A DNA stretch of 64,000 nucleotides from Amoebophrya sp. A120 (Eukaryota > Protista > Dinoflagellata): the NCBI GenBank assembly GCA_905178155.1, contig CAJINV010000001.1, positions 5,536,757 to 5,600,756 of the forward strand, read 5' to 3'. Numbering within the stretch: the stretch's first letter is position 1; every line of letters begins with the position of its first letter. The position numbers and the translations under genes were made by a program. Below are positions 59,601-64,000 of the stretch, piece by piece. The notes beneath the pieces are model-generated. The model saw only the letters and a program-made list of their open reading frames with translations. It did not search any database and had not been told where the DNA came from.

Positions 59601-62600
59601 TGTTCTGGTCGATCACGACCGCTGGGCTCGTGATGGAATTCTCAAAAAAGCAGCACAACATCCCCGCGACCAGATTCTTCCCGCGGATCTTCAACACCGC
59701 CGTCGCTGCCGCTGCGCGCGCGATCAGCCGCGGCGCGATGGAGAGGACGCGGATTCGAGCCGTGAGCGGGATCATCGCGTCCTTGTAAATCTTCAAAACC
59801 GGATCCATGGTCTTCTCCAACAAATTACTGAACACTACCCCGTCCGTGGAAACTTGAGTCTTGACTTTCGAATCAGACGGGAGGAATTCCGGCGTGCGGC
59901 ACTTCACTGTGGTTGGATTCAGGTAACCCACGTTGTCCGGTCCGGAAGCCACGTGCTTCCCGCCGAAGATGCAGGTCAAGTACACGGCGTCGATGAAATT
60001 GCGCCCGTGCAGCGTGACCCACTCGTAGCCCTCAACGTTGAATTTCGTGGGGTACACAGCTAACAGCTCGGGCTTCTCCGTGAAGTAGAAGTTATGCGTC
60101 GGGCCCATCTGCGCGGCGCCGCATTTCAAAGTGAGAGTCACTCGCAACGCGGAGGTGAGCCGGGGGATCGTGACCGTCATCAGCTCCACTGTCTGCACCA
60201 ACGCCGGGGTCGGCATAGAATCAAAGTACAGCTCGCATTCGGTGCTACCGATTGGAAATAATTCGCCAAAAATCGCCAAAGACGCGCAAGGCGTCAGCGC
60301 GTAGAGAGCTCGTGAAGCTGTGGGCGAGTTTCTTCGGGACGCTGTAGTACTCGAACGGGAGTAATGGGGTTGAAAGGCTGATAATCTGGATTGACGTCTG
60401 CTGGGAGAAGGACGCAGGGACTCGGCACTGGACCCGCGTGTCGTTTTTCACATAGGCGTCCGTGAGTAGATCGCCAATCCGACACCACACGTAGAGATAG
60501 CGGACTGGGGTTAAGTCCAGTTGCCGTTCGAGGTCTGTGTAGTGGAAGTTGTGCCCCTCGACGACCAAACTGTAGTCCCGCGTGCCCTGCTGCGGCGCGA
60601 GACTTAGCGGGTTCGCCGCGACGAAAATCGCGGAGCTGGGTCGTCTCACATCGATTTCCACGTAATTGGTTTCCTGGTTCACATCGCACAGAAACAACGT
60701 CACCCGTGCCTGGCTGTTGTAATCTCTTCTCATAAACCCCGCTTTGACGAACCTTGGAGAAGGTCGCACCTGCAATGAATCTTCGCACGCAAAATCGTGT
60801 CGGAAACGATCTCCACCGGGAAATCGTTGTCGTCGCCGCCGATGGGATAGCCACTAAAGCGAACCCTTAAGGCGGAACTCATCGCGTTGTAGTCATCCCT
60901 ACTGGGGATCAATTGATCAAATTTGTTCTTCATGTGCTCCTTCGCGCGCCCAATGTAGCTGTAGAAGTTGTGCCCGTAAATGGTGATCGTGTTTTGCAAA
61001 TATGCGCCGAGGGAATCCGGGTAAATTTGCCTGATTTTCGGCAACCGGTTCGGCGGAATGAACCACAGCGAGTTTTGCGCGATCGTCGTCGGCGGACAGG
61101 CGACGGACACGAGGAACTTCTCGAAGAAAAGCTTCTGCGGAAACGCGCACATAATTTTCGTTGAGTCGACCACCGTGGAGTGCTCCGACACCGCGTATTT
61201 TTGCTGGTCCATGAGATCAACAATCTGGTTCCCCGGGCAATCCGCTACGTAGTCGGAGGAGAACAAGCAATTGCACCCCGGGACGAAATTGTCGCCCATT
61301 GCCGATCTCCTTGTAGCCCTTTTCGAAGATATCGCCATACTGCATTTCGTCCAGTCGGTACAACCCTCCCTCCGTTAAGCCCGGAGGGGCTTTTAGTTCT
61401 TTCAAAACTGGCTCTGGGTTCACGGTTACTTTGTTAACGAAGAACCAGGTGACACCGTCGAACGAAGCGCACATTTCGGCGGACAGTAAAGTTTGGCTCC
61501 GCAGCGTGAAGACCGGAAGGTCGCAGTAATGCCTGGCCGCCGCGCCGCCGAACAGTGACTGCGGGGAGAATTCCCCAGCCTGGGTCGCGAACTTCTGGTC
61601 GACGGCCAAAACCCTCCCGGCGCCTAACAGATCTTCATCTTCAAAGGGCTTCCTGATGCCTATTCCGCATGACAAATGCTTGCCCTCTCCGCGTAACACA
61701 AACTGGATTCCTGTAGTTGTTGGTCACGCAATACTTATACAGACTTTTTTGAAATCCAAAGACAGCATGACAAGTTGCAATCTTCCAAACCCAGACACTT
61801 TTACAATCCATACGAAGGTGTGCGCTGCAACATTTGTGGCCAGTTCCTCCGGGATCGGCTGCCCAGCAGACTGCGCCAGACTGTACGCGAAGATTGCGAA
61901 CGCCTCCCGTTGCTGCGTCAATACCGCGTCCTTTGTCAACTCAAATATTACGACTCGCTGACTGTCGGGATTCTCGGGGAGGATCTTGATGTACGGAGTG
62001 AAGGTCAGCGCATTCAGAGCCTCGGCGGTGGTGGAGCCGGTGGCCGCCTTCGCGGATGAGCTGCTAGCGCCTGCCGCCGTTCCTGGGACCCCTGCGCTTT
62101 TTCCTGCTTGCATCGCTTTGACCATCGCCTTGCCACGTGCGTCGACCTCCTTCCAAGCTTCACACGTCTTTCGCTGCGAGTCCTTGCATGCCTTCTGCAG
62201 CTTCTTGCGCAAAGCCTCCAACTTTGGGTCGGACTTGGCCAGGGCGAGCATTGCAGCCTTCTCGGACTCCGGGCCGCCGCCGTTGCTGCCCTCGCGTCGC
62301 TGGCCGAGATATACCTCGAGGGAATGCAGGCTCTTCTTCTGGTCCGCGAGCGGGAGGCAGAGGCTCCCGAGAAAGGCCGCAGCATCGAACTCCAGGGGGA
62401 ACTCTCGCAGAGTCGGGTGAAGTTCGCAGGCGCACCGGTCCAAAATCAGGCAGCAAGTGAGGCCGCAGAGAATGACGGCGCTCAGCCCGAGCAGGTCCTG
62501 TTTCTGTGTGGAGTCGCCAGCGCCGTCGGCTGTGTCGCCACCGCTGGCACCGTGCAGCTCTTGGCCCAACTGCGTAGAGCGCTGCAGCAGCTCGGTCAGT

Positions 62601-64000
62601 GGCCCCCGCAGCAGCCGCCGCCCGTCCTCGTCCGTGGCTGTTAAATCGTCGAGCGCTTTCGCGGTTACTCGTCCGGAGTCGAGATAACCCCACAGGGCCG
62701 CGATGTTTTCCTGCACATCCAGCAGCGTTTCGGCAAAACCTTCGCGCCCTCGCTGCATCCGGGTGCGAATGCCTTGGATCCCGAGAAATCGACAAATGCC
62801 CAAGAGGTTGTGGAGGTTCGTCACGACGCGCACGACGTCGTCGTCTTCTTTCGGGGACTTGGATGCTTTCCCGCCTACCTTCGCCGGCGGCGCGGAAAGA
62901 TCAGCAGGCAACAATCGCCGCCGCGCAAAGTCGGGCTGCGGTTCCGGAGCAGTGGGCACACCTGAAGACGCGATCTCCGATGGCTTTGCAGTGGCTTCTA
63001 GCTGCATCTTCCACGATTCAATGCTGGAGATCGAAAACGGCCACTTCTCATCCACATCCTCCCGCGTTAGGGACACGGTGCAATCCGGCTGTCGGGGGTC
63101 CAGGGAGCTTTCGACCGTTCTGATCAAGTCGGTGGCCGCGTCGACGGCCTCGTTTGTCGCTACGCGCTCTGGGTCAAACGACGCGCTGGTACCTGGAGTC
63201 GGAAGATGGCAAGATGAGAGAGTAGACAACGTCTGTGTATAATGCGTGTAGGAACCGATGACTCACGGTGCCGCACTGCATACGGGGGCGTCTTACTTCA
63301 TGAGAAACGTCGAGTTCTTTGTAAAAGAGAATTGGAAGTATTTAGCTACACGTGGCTGCTGATCGATGAGGAATAAAAACGCATCTACGAGCCTTCTACC
63401 TTCATGTCTTTTTTGTAATTTCAACAGTCGCCGCGCCAGCTTTCGACTGCCCTCAATAAACGCTGATAGCCTGGTCACCTTCGTCAAGTCCTGCACGGTA
63501 AGTTCCTGGTCATCGGGCGCGGCCATCTGCTGGAGCTGCCAACACAGATACCGATGCCAAAGTCTTTTTGGAAGCAGTGGATCACCCAAAACTTGATCGC
63601 CGTAAAATTTCAAAATGGACCGAATCGCAGCCCACGAAGCACTCCGCCGCCAGCCCGAATGGTTATCGTACGGAACGTCGCGGACCTTGAACGTCGTCTT
63701 CCGGGTGTTGGGCGCCGGCTCAGCACCGGCCGTTTGCAAGAAAAGCTGTGTGATCATTTCCGTGTTCGATCCCGTGCTTGCACGCCGCTGCTGCGTCTTC
63801 CTCTTGGGCTCATTTATCAAGACGGCCGGCTCCGCCTCTTGCGCGCCAAAATCTAAATCGAAATCAAGCTCCTCTGCATAAAACTCCTCTTCAGCAGCTG
63901 CGCCCGGCATGAAGTCATCAGCATTATCAACACCGAAAGCGTCCTCTATGACGATCGGACTTTTTCCGTCTTTTCGTAGCTTCACCGCTGCGGCGCCGCG
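41622..64000 (-). CDS. Giant DUF3638/DUF3645 P-loop protein (5' end outside window), 16 introners plus GT-AG introns
   Basis: Family motifs in the expected order: KVRD..WRRSASW; LPENP..VVIFEL; LGRLRAG..LWQVG; VNGSPVKSLP; PEVLAFEVQND..MGLGKTSVI; LDESDEIL; YGAHLGRPSHRMAVPF..EYAHPD; ERELEQELEEER. Frames link across each introner. Domain names from motif recall, not a search. Confidence 0.85.
42092..42306. mobile_element. Introner (215 bp)
   Basis: TIR CAAGAAAAAAACTGT..AGTGTAA; perfect DR CTTCG; spliced AKAAKMPEF. Confidence 0.93.
43203..43471. mobile_element. Decayed introner (269 bp)
   Basis: TATGCATTGCAAAT...ATTTGCATTTGATA; DR CTTGC/ATTCC; frame restored by element+5. Confidence 0.8.
43950..44270. 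mobile_element. Introner (321 bp)
   Basis: Perfect DR GCGAC; diverged TIR (right end GGTA); spliced FSESPYVASM. Confidence 0.88.
45529..45699. mobile_element. Fold-back introner (171 bp, ~60-bp TIR)
   Basis: TIR includes CAGAAAAAGACCGACAGGTCATATTTGTAATGCAAAAATAAATA; perfect DR TCCGA; spliced FASELGISY. Confidence 0.95.
45740..46045. mobile_element. Introner, C-rich TIR (306 bp)
   Basis: TIR TGAAAAATGCCCCC..CCCC; perfect DR GTACC, which allows a GT-AG reading 45739-46049; spliced EERYRAAM. Confidence 0.95.
46311..46633. mobile_element. Decayed introner / GT-AG intron (323 bp)
   Basis: TATCC...GGATA ends; DR 2/5; in-frame GT-AG 46310-46634. Confidence 0.7.
46748..46997. mobile_element. Decayed introner / GT-AG intron (250 bp)
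   Basis: TATCG..AAACAGCCCC / GGGAGCTGATTT..GGATA; DR 2/5; in-frame GT-AG 46746-47003. Confidence 0.7.
47828..48115. mobile_element. Decayed introner (288 bp)
   Basis: GTCTGGGTCTGGGA / TCCCAGACCGAGAC; left TAT mutated to GAT; DR AGTTC/ACTAC; in-frame GT-AG 47834-48120. Confidence 0.85.
48947..49206. mobile_element. Decayed introner (260 bp)
   Basis: Left end TATCACAATGAAAAATGCCCCC matches the 45740 family; right TIR and DR eroded; in-frame GT-AG 48943-49213. Confidence 0.75.
49510..49785. mobile_element. Introner (276 bp)
   Basis: Perfect DR TAAAA; spliced DFFIQLYDL. Confidence 0.9.
50178..50640. mobile_element. Introner with internal short repeats (463 bp)
   Basis: TATCCT..CCCACCC / GGGTGGG..AGGATA; perfect DR GCAGC; spliced PEELQRVTLE; internal CTGTAAGAAGGATATTTGTGTTG twice. 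Confidence 0.9.
51223..51500. mobile_element. Introner (278 bp)
   Basis: TGCAAAT..ATGTCTGGG TIR; DR CGCGT/CATGT; frame restored. Confidence 0.88.
52087..53569. mobile_element. Large introner (1483 bp) containing a palindromic satellite
   Basis: TATCAA..GTGTCTGTGTCTG / CAGACACAGACAC..TTGATA; frame restored; GT-AG reading 52086-53570. Confidence 0.85.
52270..53470. repeat. ~122-bp tandem array (~10 diverged units), two palindromes per unit
   Basis: GATTTGCAG recurs at roughly 120-bp spacing; TTGCAGCACGG-N5-CCGTGCTGCAA hairpins. Confidence 0.95.
53970..54221. mobile_element. Introner, family B, inverted relative to 8208/30912 (252 bp)
   Basis: Reverse-complement alignable with 30912-31163; DR GGTGC/GACGC; spliced YRAA(P/S)GGYV. 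Confidence 0.9.
54572..55920. mobile_element. Large introner (1349 bp) with hairpins and internal duplication
   Basis: TATCA..TGAAAC..GGCCCCCCAC TIR; DR CCGTT/CTTTT; element+5 removal joins ORFs 55881-57167 and 54125-54667 in frame. Confidence 0.85.
57100..61812. mobile_element. Giant cargo-carrying introner, family A (4713 bp)
   Basis: Matching TIRs, perfect DR CGAAG (57095-57099, 61813-61817); arms align with the left and right parts of 33503-33764; spliced host reads AAHTFGRTQAW. Confidence 0.92.
57190..61643 (-). pseudogene. Captured IPT/TIG-repeat surface-protein fragment with ShK-like Cys motif
   Basis: Repeated P..G...I.G.NF...C.F...C units (TITIYGHNF, VTLHGRNF..LTCIFG..VKCRTP, PFLGSTYGGAEVSI); CEDN..C..C..CQKTCRMC; no start codon, at least 4 frameshifts, in-frame TAG at 58951 and 58171, no introns seen. 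Confidence 0.85.

Noticed and set aside
57218-61699. Independent functional TIG gene, or TAG read-through code
   Set aside because: No start codon, several frameshifts, enclosed by introner arms; other genes in the window show no pattern of in-frame TAG codons.

Overview
Eukaryotic DNA. The intron architecture strongly suggests the parasitic dinoflagellate Amoebophrya (Syndiniales); this is an inference from architecture only. Every recognisable gene is on the minus strand: an ABCC/MRP transporter, an exostosin (GT47) glycosyltransferase, a KEN/HEPN-like protein, a CCCH zinc-finger protein, a CLC channel, MCM-binding protein, hypothetical proteins, and a >22 kb DUF3638/DUF3645 gene that runs off the right edge. 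The genes are interrupted by ordinary GT-AG introns and by 23 transposon-like introns ('introners') with TAT...ATA termini, terminal inverted repeats (TIRs) and 5-bp flanking direct repeats (DRs). In all 23, removing the element plus 5 nt restores the host frame. Main finding: one introner (57100-61812, perfect CGAAG DR) has grown to 4.7 kb by carrying an intronless, pseudogenised IPT/TIG-repeat gene fragment while the host exons still join in frame, i.e. a Pack-type, cargo-carrying introner. Two more large introners carry a palindromic satellite and a hairpin-rich insert. Homologous introners occur in both orientations, and those with decayed DRs tend to have in-frame GT-AG sites. A compound satellite block (17.3-19.8 kb) and a probable decayed retroelement (0.35-4.9 kb) are also present. 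All splice models are hand-derived from reading frames, without transcript data.
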